This document shows positions 35,166 through 46,355 of a stretch of 64,000 nucleotides of DNA, in pieces. The notes under the pieces are model-generated. The model had not been told where the DNA came from, searched no databases, and was given only the letters and a program-made list of their open reading frames with translations. This DNA is from Centroscyllium fabricii (taxonomy: Eukaryota): the NCBI GenBank assembly GCA_051313645.2, contig JBNRSN020000003.1, positions 359,042,001 to 359,106,000 of the forward strand, read 5' to 3'. The position numbers and the translations under genes were made by a program. Numbering within the stretch: position 1 is the first letter of the stretch; each line of letters begins with the position of its first letter.

Positions 35166-37800
35166 AGGCCCTGTCACACCTTAGCGTTTTAGCTTGCGTA
35201 TGCAAATATGGCCGATACGCTGGTATACGTTGGACAAGTTATGGGTACGTTATGCATACGTTAAGAGCACGTTGCCATACGCTGGCCATAAGTTGTATAA
35301 GTCGTATAAGTGGTGATTTTTTGTGCATGCACAAAAAATCACGACGTATAAATGTATCTATTTATACGTTCATCATACGCTGAGCATACGTTGTAGGCAC
35401 GTTAGACAGACGTTAGTCATACGTCAAAACACGTCGAATAAATGCCTTTTTTTCAAAGATTTTATGTCTAACCTATGAGGAACGTGTTTCGAACTTATGT
35501 GTAACGTCTCTCCAACGTATTTGACGTCTCCCGGACGTCCACAGAACTTACTGAACGTGTTTCTACTTACAGCTCCTCACAGAACATCTGAAAAAGCCTT
35601 TTTACCCCACTCACTCTCTCTCTCTCTCTCTCTCTCTCCCTCCCTCCATTATATTATTGTACCTTTTCCAAAGTGTATGATTTTATTATTGTAATTTATT
35701 GTTTATGATTTAAATATTGAAACAAGACAAACATCAAGAGTTTACTCAAGTTTTATTAAATAACAACATAACATAACCATCAATAGTTTACTCAACTTTT
35801 ATTAAATAACTTTTATTAAATAACTTTTATTAAATAACTTTTATTAAATAACTTTTATAACTTTTATTAAATAACTGAAATAACTTTAAACATAACAGGA
35901 ACAAACTCAACATTAAATAACTTTAATAACAATGGTCTGAAAAGGTACAGACAAAATGCAACAACTGAAACATCAACTATTGTCACTGTTCATTCAGCAC
36001 TCTCCTCTGATGGTGGAAGTGTGCTCAGCTCCCCACGCGGGCTGCTTGCAGCATTGGGACCAGCTGAAAAGCTGAATCCTGACAGATTGAACATATCAGC
36101 AGCATTGTCCAAGGTGCTTTGGCTCAAGCTGAGTACCTGGTCAGTCGACCCTACAGCAGCAGATGAAGAGGCGAGGATTGGTTGCTGCGTCATCAGAGGA
36201 GGAGGAGGAGGAGGAGGAGGAAACTGGTACACATGATGAGGAGCAGGAGGCATAATGTTTAACGGTCCCATCACCTGCTGGTACGGCGGCTGTTGAAAGT
36301 GCTGTCTGTAGACTGACGCAGCTGGTGCCGTGTGTCTCCAGCTGTGGGTACCTTGCTGGAAGCTCGACGCCGTGGGGGTGTAGGTAGCTGGTGCTGAAGC
36401 AGATTGCACGGAGGTGGGGGTCAGCAGCTCAGTGAACATGTTGGTTATGCGCAACCTTGACTCCTGGTAGACATCCTCTGGAATGCTGGCCAGGGTGTCA
36501 CGCACGTAGTTGGCGAAGGCTAATCTGGGTGTGATGGCCTGAGGCGTCGCCAGATTCCTCAGGATCTCTCCAGTCTCCTGCATGCTTCTGTGGATGGAGT
36601 GCAGCTGCTCATCCTCCTGGGCACGCTTCCCCCTGGGGAAAGGGGAGGGTGTGCTGTCGTCGTGCACCACAATCTCTGCACAGGCAGCCTCGCCAGCCTC
36701 GAGGTCCCCGCTGTGTGCTGCTATGGTTTCCTTTACCTGCAATTATGACAAATGATTAGTAAAAAACAAAGCACAAATACGAGGCAAAGTACAGTAAAAC
36801 TAATATAAATAAATATTATTATGGACATTAATATGTGTTTATACTTACACTGTGGACGGGCTCAGGACGATGGCGGACCACAGTCGTGAGGAAGCCGAAC
36901 TTGGCCTTCACCCACTGCTCCCTCTCTGTCAGATCATGGGCGCCATCACCGCTTCTCTTCTTGTGGAGACGGGTGTGTGTGTCTCGCAGGGACTTAAACC
37001 ACCCTTGAAGGTGCTCCACACTCTTCCCCATGGCCTTTGCCTGATCCGCCCAGAGCTTTGCCTTCTTGTCCACCCTCCGATAGTCTATCTTCTTAATGTC
37101 CCAGAGGATGGCGTTCTCACTCAGGAACTCAAGCATCTGCTGCTCCTCCTCAACACAAAGACAATATTGTGTCTTCTTGGCACGCTTCTTTGGCTGAGAC
37201 TCTGTGGAGGCGACGGACGCAGCCACAGACGATGCCCGAGAGACGTTGGAAGCAGCATCCTCTCCGTCAGAGGGTGGTGAGCGTGATGGCAAGGGTGTGG
37301 GTGCTGGATCCTCCATGCATCCGCGCCCACGGCCACGAAACTTCCTGGCAGCATTCCTGGACCCTCTCCTCGGCATAGTGAATCAAAAGCAGGTAGGACT
37401 GGAAGCATTGTGTGGAGCTGCTGCTTTTAAAGTCTAGTGGTATGTAGTGGTATGATTTGAATCGTCCAATGACAGCCTTTGATTAGGCTACCCCACCTGA
37501 TCTTGGTAGACACGCTGGCGCCGGCTGTGCATACGCTATACATACGTCCAGCACGTTACGTATACGTTACGTATACGTTACGTATACGTTCAATACGCTG
37601 GTCATACGCTGTTATTATTTCACAGAAAAGCGCTCGGAAACGTCAATGTACGCTGCGTATACGCTACGTGTACGTTATTTATACGTCAAATACGCTATGA
37701 ATACGCTTCCAAACCACAAACACTGAACAAAGTGTCAAAAGTTCAGCGTTTTAGCCTCATTTGCATAGGCTGGCTAAAACGTCTAGGTGTGACAGGGCCT
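35166..37800 (-). mobile_element. Non-autonomous PIF/Harbinger DNA transposon carrying only the Myb/SANT-like (MADF) gene
   Basis: 16-bp perfect TIR AGGCCCTGTCACACCT (about 28 bp imperfect), TAA duplication at 35163-35165 / 37801-37803, dense subterminal ATACG/CGTAT motifs. Confidence 0.9.
35990..37376 (-). CDS. MADF (Myb/SANT-like) DNA-binding protein with BESS-like motif; 2 exons (37376-36849, 36736-35990), 424 aa
   Basis: LWDIKKIDY..KAKLW..LQGWFKSLRD MADF pattern. Phase-0 intron GTAAGT...TTGCAG (36848-36737) joins the two track ORFs in frame. LAFANYVRDTL..IP....ESRLRI BESS-like motif and a basic N-terminus. Confidence 0.82.
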
Positions 37801-38727
37801 TAAAGATTTATTTTCTAATCTCCCATCAACATCTTTTTGTAATCAAGGGAATGGTAGCATAGTGGTTATGTTACTGGTAATCCAGAGACCTGGACTAATG
37901 ATCCAGTAGATGTGAGTTCAAATCCCATCTACAGCAGCTGGGGAATTTCTTTTACTCGTTGATGGGATGTGGGCGTTGCTGGCTCGCTGGGCCATTTCAG
38001 AGGGCATTAAGAGTCAACCACATTGCTGTGGGTCTGGAGTCACATGTATGCCAGAATAGGTAAGGATGGCAGATTTCCTTCCCTAAAGGACATTAGTGAA
38101 CCAGATGGGTTTTTGCAACAATCGACAGTGGTCGCCATTACTAAGACTAACATTTAATTCCAGAATTAATTTGAATTGAATTTAAATTCCACCAGCTGCC
38201 GTGGTGGGATTTGAACCCATATCCTCAGAGCATTTGACTGAGCCTCTGGCTTACTTGTCTAGTGACATAACCACTACGCCACCGCCTCCCCGGAGGCGGA
38301 GAACGAGCCCGGCACTGGAGGGAATGCTGGGCTCAGCTGACGGAGGCCTCACCCCATTTAATTTAACGCTGGCCGCTATTCGTAGCGCTAATTCTGTGGC
38401 GTCGTTGGGCGCTAACGGGCTGGCGCTAGAGCACCAATTTCATGCCCATAGACTCGTAGACAAGAGCACTGATGTAGGCTTGATGGGCTGAATGATTTAT
38501 TTCTGTGCTGGAACATTCTATGAATTTATCATCTATTTATTTAAAAAAATAATGCCCGGTTAGATATCTCTTGGTAATAGAAAATGGACATGAGCTCCAA
38601 GTTTATTAAAATTGCTTCTGAAATATTTTTCTGTATCATACACTTGAATTTTTAGGCTAACTATTAAAATCCGTCCTGTAGGTATTGTGCAGGAGATCTT
38701 TCATGGGTTTTTGTTCTCTTTATGCAG

Positions 38728-38765
38728 CTGTCTGCTGCTTGTACAATCTGTGATGGAAGGACCAG
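38728..38765 (+). other. ZDHHC21: Putative 5' UTR exon of ZDHHC21
   Basis: Pyrimidine tract plus TGCAG acceptor and CAG|GTATGA donor, 113 bp upstream of the next acceptor. Confidence 0.45.
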
Positions 38766-38942
38766 GTATGAGAAATATTTAATGATGGATAATTAGACTG
38801 TTCACACCAATACATTAGGGTTCATTGATGTATAGCTAACAAATGTTCTGATTATTTTTTTACAAATTTTTTTTCTAGGAGCAGGGCACAGCATGTAATT
38901 CATGAAATTCCAGCTGGCAACCACTGAGGTAACCATTCTGTG

Positions 38943-39096
38943 ATGGGGCTTCGACTTCACTGCGTCTACGACCCACAGGGCTGGTGTTGTGTCGGCATGA
39001 TCACCTTCGTTTGGTTTTATAATACAGTCTACGTTCCCAAACTTATACTCTTCCCTCACTATGAAGAAGAACACATTCCAGCTGCTGTGATAGTGG
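38943..39096 (+). CDS. ZDHHC21: Palmitoyltransferase ZDHHC21, first coding exon (exon starts at 38879; not in the ORF track)
   Basis: MGLRLHCVYDPQGWCCVGMITFVWFYNTVYVPKLILFPHYEEEHIPAAVIV matches the remembered vertebrate ZDHHC21 N-terminus (MGLRIHFVVDPHGWCCMG...LFPHYEEGHIP). TTTTCTAG acceptor, G|GTCAGT phase-1 donor. Confidence 0.93.
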
Positions 39097-39948
39097 GTCA
39101 GTAGCAATGGTTTCTGTTGTCCATCTTTAACCAGACATTATTATTATTGCAATTTAATTAATAACTCACAGGATGACAGTAAGTGATAAACAGGAGAAAG
39201 TTACAGTGTGACGTCCTTCTACAGTATTTAGATAGGTCCTGTGTATGAGGGTTACTCATTCCCAAGCCTCTGTATTAGAAAGGACCAGTCCCAGTCTATG
39301 GGGATAATTGATTTGGATTATTTATTTTTTGATTAGCTGATTTTCAAGTGTGATTAGTCTCTGGGAGAAATAACACATCTGTTTGGTGATGGACACATTG
39401 TAGCTCTGGTGAAATTTTACTCGCAATATTGATTTAACCTTTTGTGAGTTTTCTTTTGCTTCTTTCCTAATCATTTTTCAAGACAAGACAGAATAATTAT
39501 ATAAATTAATTAAAATGTTAAAGGAGCAGCCTTTTGCTTAGCTTTAATTGCTTGATTTTGTATCTTTGCCAGCTCAAGAACACGACATCCTGTTATCTTG
39601 CAATTTCCTGACAAAGATTGGGACAGAATTGATGGCCTCAACATTGCATCTCTCACTGTCACTGACCCCAGAACCATGTATGTGCAGAGCCAATTGTCAA
39701 ACTCAGAGCACACTTTTTACAAAGACACCCCAGGAAGAAGTAGCCATGTATAATCGATCGCTAGTAACTGCCACAGTCATGTTTTTGGACTTTATTTTTT
39801 TAAAAATAGTTGTGATTGTCAGTGGGAAGAGCTGCATATATAATAGGGATGCAACCAACTGAAAGCTAAAATGTTCTGCTAATATTTAAAAAATTAAAAT
39901 GGCATTTTACTCAAAACAATTTTAAACCAGGTGCCCTTTTTTTTTTAG

Positions 39949-40047
39949 CTTACTACTTGGTGTCGTTCTTCTGTATAATTTCTCTGGTGAGAGCCTCCAT
40001 TGCTGACCCAGGGCAGCTGCCACAGAACCCGGAAATACCACATTCAG
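39949..40047 (+). CDS. ZDHHC21: ZDHHC21 second coding exon (99 bp)
   Basis: Poly-T AG acceptor; (A)YYLVSFFCIISLVRASIADPGQLPQNPEIPHS matches LVRASITDPGRLPENPKIPH; phase is consistent; G|GTAGGG donor. Confidence 0.93.
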
Positions 40048-42236
40048 GTAGGGCACACAATGCAGTTTCTACAGTATACACATCTATCCCATCAAGTGTT
40101 ACACGTTTTGCACAATATACCGTGATCCTGGTGGGAATACTGCTTTGAACCCACTACGTGTTGCTCATGTATAATTCACATTGCTTCCTTCTTTTCTCAC
40201 TTTCCCCCCACCCCTCAATAAAAGCGGTGAGAGATATATTCAGTTATTTCCAGTTTTATTCTTTCTCATCACTTGACATTATGAGTAGCAGCACAGCAAG
40301 GAGGTTTTGTTTCAACTGCTAGCTTCTGGTGCACGTGTGTGTTGTGAAAAATCTTCTATATGATATGGTCATGTGGCAGAGATTGTGCTACATGTTAGAC
40401 CTTCAAGTACATGCTCGGAGTTTAATGATGTGCATTTATTTTACTTGTTTTTGTCTTTAGCTGTAACTGGTTTTAATAAAAGGCACAGTGATTTACTAAA
40501 ATAAAATGGTTAGTAATCGCTTAAATTGAGCAAATATTGTGAACAATGTTTGACACTGGTGGAGCAACATGAGCAATGTGACCATAAGGATTGGAACAAG
40601 AGTATTTGATCATCTGTACCTCCTTATTAATCTCTAGTCCTGTTGCCAATCAGATAATTATCCAGCATATTTTTGAAGAAGTGAATTAACTCCACCCAAC
40701 TGGTTTTGCTGGGATTCTGTTCCAGATATACACTACTCTGGTTGTTGGGGAATGGAAGAGATGTGGTCTCCTAATCTCTTCTGTGAGTTTTACGAATTTG
40801 AAACCTATGTCCTCTCGTTCTTTGTTCATAGCACAAATATAATAGCCTACTTTGATTGACATCATTAATGCTTCTCTTATATTCACCTGAATCTTCTTTT
40901 TTACCACCTGCATTTTTTTCTCCAATGAAAACTAGTATATTTCTACAAATATTCTCCTAGCTTGGAACTGTAAACCCCAGAATGACCCAGACCCTGTCTG
41001 AGCTCTCATTAATATCCTTTTGAAGGCTCAAACTTACATGCATTATTCCACATGTGGCCTCACCAGTGATTTATTAGAGGTTAGAATAAACAATTTTGGC
41101 TATGGATGGATTCTAGTGTTTGAATAGCTTTGAGAGAAGCTGCACATTGACTTGAAGAATATATTCTAAAGATAAGTGTAGATAAATATTGAATGGAATA
41201 TGATGGTTTCTGTGTTGAAGTAGTATTTTTAGAATATAAGTGTGATGGATGTGGAGCTCCAACCTGTCAACAACGGGAAAGTGTCCCTGTAGCACGATGG
41301 CATGACTTTAGATGGAATAATGTGAATTTAAAATTGACTTCAACTAGCTGTGGCTCAGGCATAGGACCTATTAATCAACCCCTATGCAGGGTTGCCAGAG
41401 CCCGCATTGTTCTGGCTGCCCACGTGCCTGGGCAGGAATGAGCTGATCTCGCCCAATGCCATGAGGTCAACTCATTGGAATATTTAGGCACTGATAATGT
41501 AGTGGGAGCCTGGGGGGGGGTTAGGGGCTTGGTTTTAGAGTGCTGACAATTTCACTTGCTGACGAGAGGGGAAATGAAATGGGGAGGGGATGGAGAAGAC
41601 CACCGGGATAAAAATAATAATTTTACTTGTGGGCGCCACAACTACAATGGCGCTGGGCAGCTGGAATGCTGCTCAGGTGCTCCTGTTAAACTGTGGGGAG
41701 GTCTCCTAATTGAAATATTTTTTGGTGCCCCAATGAACTTTGGGCGAAGATTGTATGCAAGGTCCCAGGATAGGTTCAGAGCATTGGCTGCCCGCAATTG
41801 GCACGCGCTGAGTGCCTTTGGCAGTACAGGCCTCGGGCCCCCATTAATTGTGGTGCCCACAATCACGTTCAATGTCCTGGTGTCAGGAGAAAAACAACAT
41901 AAAAACTGTCGGAAGATATCCATGTTTTCAGGGTTGGGGCATCCTACATTCATGCTCAATGCATCAGAAATTATCTCTTGATTTTGAAATATTTCAAAGA
42001 ACTTTTTGAATCGATATTCAAATAGGTACAGTTTTAGGCCTTGGCAGGTGTAAGACCCGGGTAATGTGTGTCAGATTGCTCAATGTTGTACTCTGCCAAT
42101 AGTTTCCTATAAACCCAGAAGTATGGATTTCCCGGATGTCATGCAGAAATAACTGCAAGAGATCTTTGAATCTGTTTCAGCAGCGTCCCACACGACAACC
42201 AGCCAGATTGACAGGGAGCCGATATCAGGTAAATCT

Positions 42237-42775
42237 GACATCCTGGAGAGTGGGGGCAGTCGGACATCACGGGGGCTACTCTGACATCGTGGAGAGTGGG
42301 GGCAGTCGGACATCACGGGGGCTACTCTGACATCGTGGAGAGTGGGGGCAGTCGGACATCACGGGGGCTACTGTGACATCGTGGAGAGTGGGGGCAGTCG
42401 GACATCACGGGGGCTACTCTGACATCCTGGAGAGTGGGGGCAGTCGCACATCACGGGGGCTACTGTGACATTGTGGAGAGTGGGGGCAGTCGGACATCAC
42501 GGGGGCTACTCTGACATCCTGGAGAGTGGGGGCAGTCGCACATCACGGGGGCTACTGTGACATTGTGGAGAGTGGGGGCAGTCGCACATCACGGGAGCTA
42601 CTGTGACATTGTGGAGAGTGGGGGCAGTCGCACATCACGGGGGCTACTCTGACATTGTGGAGAGTGGGGGCAGTCGCACATCACGGGGGCTACTCTGACA
42701 TTGTGGAGAGTGGGGGCAGTCGCACATCATGGGGGCTACTCTGACACCCTGGAGAGTGGCGGCAGTCGCACATCA
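42237..42775. repeat. 46-bp minisatellite, about 11-12 copies, inside a MITE-like GC-rich segment
   Basis: Unit GACATCCTGGAGAGTGGGGGCAGTCGGACATCACGGGGGCTACTCT, decaying into GGACAT-Gn variants to about 43300. Confidence 0.92.
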
Positions 42776-44755
42776 CGTGGAGGTGGGGGTAAAATATCCA
42801 TTGCGGATGGGTGGGGGTAATCGGACATCGTGGGGAGTGGGGGTTCGCAGAATGTGAGCGAGGTCGGACATTGCAGTGTGGAGGGAGGGGGTTGTGCGGG
42901 AGGTGGGGGCATATCAGCCATCGCTGGGGGTGGAATTGACAGTTCGATCGCGGACATTGTAGGTGGTCGGGCATCGCAAAGTGGTTGGGGGCGGGGTAAT
43001 CGGACATGCGGGGAGGTGGCGGGGGAGTGAGGGCCTGCAGATCGTGTGGTTGTGTTCTTCATGGGGCGGTGGGAGTTGACAGATCTTGGACATTGTGGGT
43101 GGTCGGACATCGTGGGAGTGGGGTACGGTCAGCAGATCATATGTGGTCAGATATCGCGAGGGGGTGGGAGTGGACTCTGACATGGTGCGAGGTGAAGGCC
43201 TGCAGATCGTCTGGTGTGTAGACATCACAGGGGCTGGACATGGGTGGGGTGGGAATCGGACATCATGAGCGTGGGCGGTCAACAGATCACGGAGGCGCAG
43301 ATGCCGTGGGGGTGGGATCGGAGTTCGCAAGGGCTGGGAGCGAATTGGAAATCGGCGGGCGGAGGTGGGGGGTGTTTGGGGGTCGGCTGACCGTGAGGTT
43401 CGACCTATGCAGGTAAACTTTTTGAAGCAGGGGGAGCAGTCCTGCCACTCCTGGCTCACAACCCATGCAATAATGGTGCTCACCTGATGGATCCTGGTCA
43501 TCTCACCTCCTTTTACCTGCTGGGTTTCCCGAGGCCTGGAAAACCAGCCTCCATGTGTTAAAATAAAAATCCAGGCAAAGTGGAGACGCACAGCATTTTC
43601 ATTGACTGACCCTTCTCCCGAGAGCGGGTTGGTCGCGCCTCCCCCAGACCTGGCTCCATTAAAACCAGAAATTGGCGGGTTGAAGGCAGGTTGGGGTCGG
43701 GTTCAAGTATTTAACATTTTTTATCTTTCCACCTGTGCCCAAACCACCTGACTTGTGGGTTAAAATGTTTCCCCATAGTGTTAATACCATGATGTAACAG
43801 TTCTACTAGAATTGAATGCATGTATATATATGTGGTGGGGTGGGGGGCTGGTGGTTGTATGGTGGAAAGAGGACTTTGTTCTCTTGGCCATTTGAATTTA
43901 ACCACAAATGAAAATTTGTAATAGGGACAACCAGTGCCTTTGAATTAACCATTACACAGAACAATAGTACCAATGAAACCCAACTCTGGTAGTAAAAATA
44001 TATGTTTACATTGCAGTGTTATAAGTGGGTTGCCATGACAATTAAATAACGAAATAATTTCTTTTCCCTGCCAGTTTCATCCCTACTCAACTCTCCAGAA
44101 ACGAGCTATGATTCCACAGGTACTAGGAATTATCCTGTACCATGCACAAATGGTCATTATCACATGACCCTTGATAGGGCGGGGGATCATTTTAACCTTA
44201 CCCGCCTGGTTTTCCATTCTAGATGGAACGTGCAATCGGGCAGAGTGCAAAACGGGCAGCCGACCCATCTGTTGCTTGTCCTGCTGGGCAGGTGAGGTTA
44301 AAGTTACTCCCGGAGTGCTGTCAGGCTGCCCCACTGTGTGGGGTATTGCAGCCAATCATTTGGGATGCCAACGGGACTCCATGGATAATGAAGAGAGTGA
44401 AGACCCTTTTTTCTTCCTTGCCATTCTTGAGACACAGTTAACAGCTGCACCCCTACTACCACCCAGTTGAGTAAACCTAACTGGGCACAGACCTGGAGTC
44501 ACTCTCGGCAGCTTGCATGTTTTAATTACTCACTTCTGTAACCAGCTGAGCCATGGAGGGAACCATATGGTTTAGTTAAGTGGAAAGCTTGAAGTGACAG
44601 CATGTGAAATGTTTTAAGTTGTGCACTTTGGTACAGTCCTGCATAAACTGTAATACCCGATCCGACGCACATACTATAAGTCGTGGCTGTAGAATGGGGC
44701 GGTCAGCAGACATCATTTTAAACCAGTGGACAATAGCTGAAAAAACAGATATAAA

Positions 44756-45542
44756 AATTCAATTCAATTCAATTCAAGTTTTATTGTCATTGCAGAGTAC
44801 TAGTACAATACAACGAGACGAAGACTTGACTCTCCCGAGAGTAGTGCAAATAAAAATAAATAAATTACATGCAAAATGCATACAGTAGAGTACATTATCA
44901 GGCGTGCAGGTACCGGAGTTTCTTTTTAGAGTTCAGGAGGCTGACAGCCCTGGGGAAGAAGCTGTTCTGAAATCTAGTCGTGCGGGTGCTAATTGCTCTG
45001 TAGCGTCTCCCGGAGGGCAGGGGGGCGAACAGACTGTGGCTGGGGTGTGTGGGGTCTTTAATAATGTTCATAGACCTCCGTAAGCAGCGTTTGAGGTAGA
45101 TGCTTTCCATTGCCGGTAGCTGTGTACCGGTAATTCGTTGGGCAGTTTTGACTACCCGCTGCAGGGTTTTCCGGTCCGAGATAGTGCAATTACCATACCA
45201 GACAGTGATGCAGCTTGTCAGTATGCTTTCTATTGTGCAGCGGTAGAAGTTGGAGAGGATGCCGGATGACAGCCTGGCTTTCTTCAGCTTCCTTAGGAAG
45301 TACAGGCGCTGTTGGGCCTTCCTAACCAGAGAGGAGGTGTTTAGTGACCAGGAGAGATCTTCCGAGATGTGGACCCCGAGGAACTTGAAGCTGGACACCC
45401 TTTCCACCTCAGCCCCTTGGATGAAGATGGGGGTGTGTCTTCTGCTTCCAGTCCTCCGGAAGTCCACTATGATCTCCTTGGTTTTCTTGGTGTTCAGTGC
45501 CAGGTTGTTGTCGGCACACCAACCCACAAGGCGCTGGATCTC
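44756..45542 (-). mobile_element. 5'-truncated Rex1/Babar LINE
   Basis: ORF 44898-45527 is almost identical to the C-terminus of ORF 3321-4691; same 3' UTR and (TTGAA)n tail. Confidence 0.92.
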
Positions 45543-45824
45543 TGCAACAGAGTATGCACTGCAACATCAGTTATATAAATAATCCTCTTTGAACAATAAG
45601 TTGTCATTATTTATATTTAAAGCGGTGACCATACTAGTAAGTGCTTTCAACAATTTGTAAGAGTTGGGTATTCAATTTTACAGTGCCCTGGCATTACTGG
45701 AAGAACATTTCTGAAGCATAGATTTGGCCACTATTTGAAGTACTCACGTAATATACTCTATGACTAGTTTTATTTCTCATACAAAAGCTGTCAGTTGTTC
45801 ACTTTATTTGGGGATCTCTGGAGG

Positions 45825-46355
45825 CACAAGTAAGGAATGTGATGGAATACTCACCATTTGCCTGGATGAGTGCAGCTCCAACAATACTTAATAACTCGAT
45901 ACCATCCAAGACAAAGCAGCACATTTGATTGGCACCCCATCCACCACCTTAAACATTCACTCCCTCCACCACCAGTGTACCGTGGCTGCAGTGTGTACCA
46001 TCTACAAGATGCACTGCATCAACTCACCAAGGCTTCTTTGACAGCACCTCCCAAACCCGTGACCTCTTCCACCTAGAAGGACAAGGGCAGCAGGCGCATG
46101 GGAACACCACCACCTCCAAGTTACCCTCCAAGTCACACACCATCCTGACTTTGAAATATATCACTGATCCTTCATTGTTGCTGGGTCAAAATCCTGGAAC
46201 TCCCTCCCTAACAGCACTGGGGGACCACCTTCACCACACGGACTGCAGCGGTTCAAGAAGGCGGCTCACCACCACCTTCTCAAGGGCAACTAGGAATGGG
46301 CAATAAATGCTGGCATTGCCAGCGGTGCCCTGATCTCATAAACAATTTTTTTTAA
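45825..46355 (+). mobile_element. LINE 3' fragment (CR1/L2 group), same family as 59060-63245
   Basis: AQVRNVMEYSPFAWMSAAP...FKKAAHHHLLKGN matches ORF 59120-59956. Confidence 0.8.

Noticed and set aside
41193-41441. Cys-containing ORF (YKCDGCGAPTC) as the ZDHHC21 DHHC exon
   Set aside because: Lacks the RPxRSHHC and DHHC motifs expected for the next exon.
44604-44888. 94-aa Cys-rich ORF
   Set aside because: Runs into the antisense Rex1 tail; no recognisable domain or splice support.
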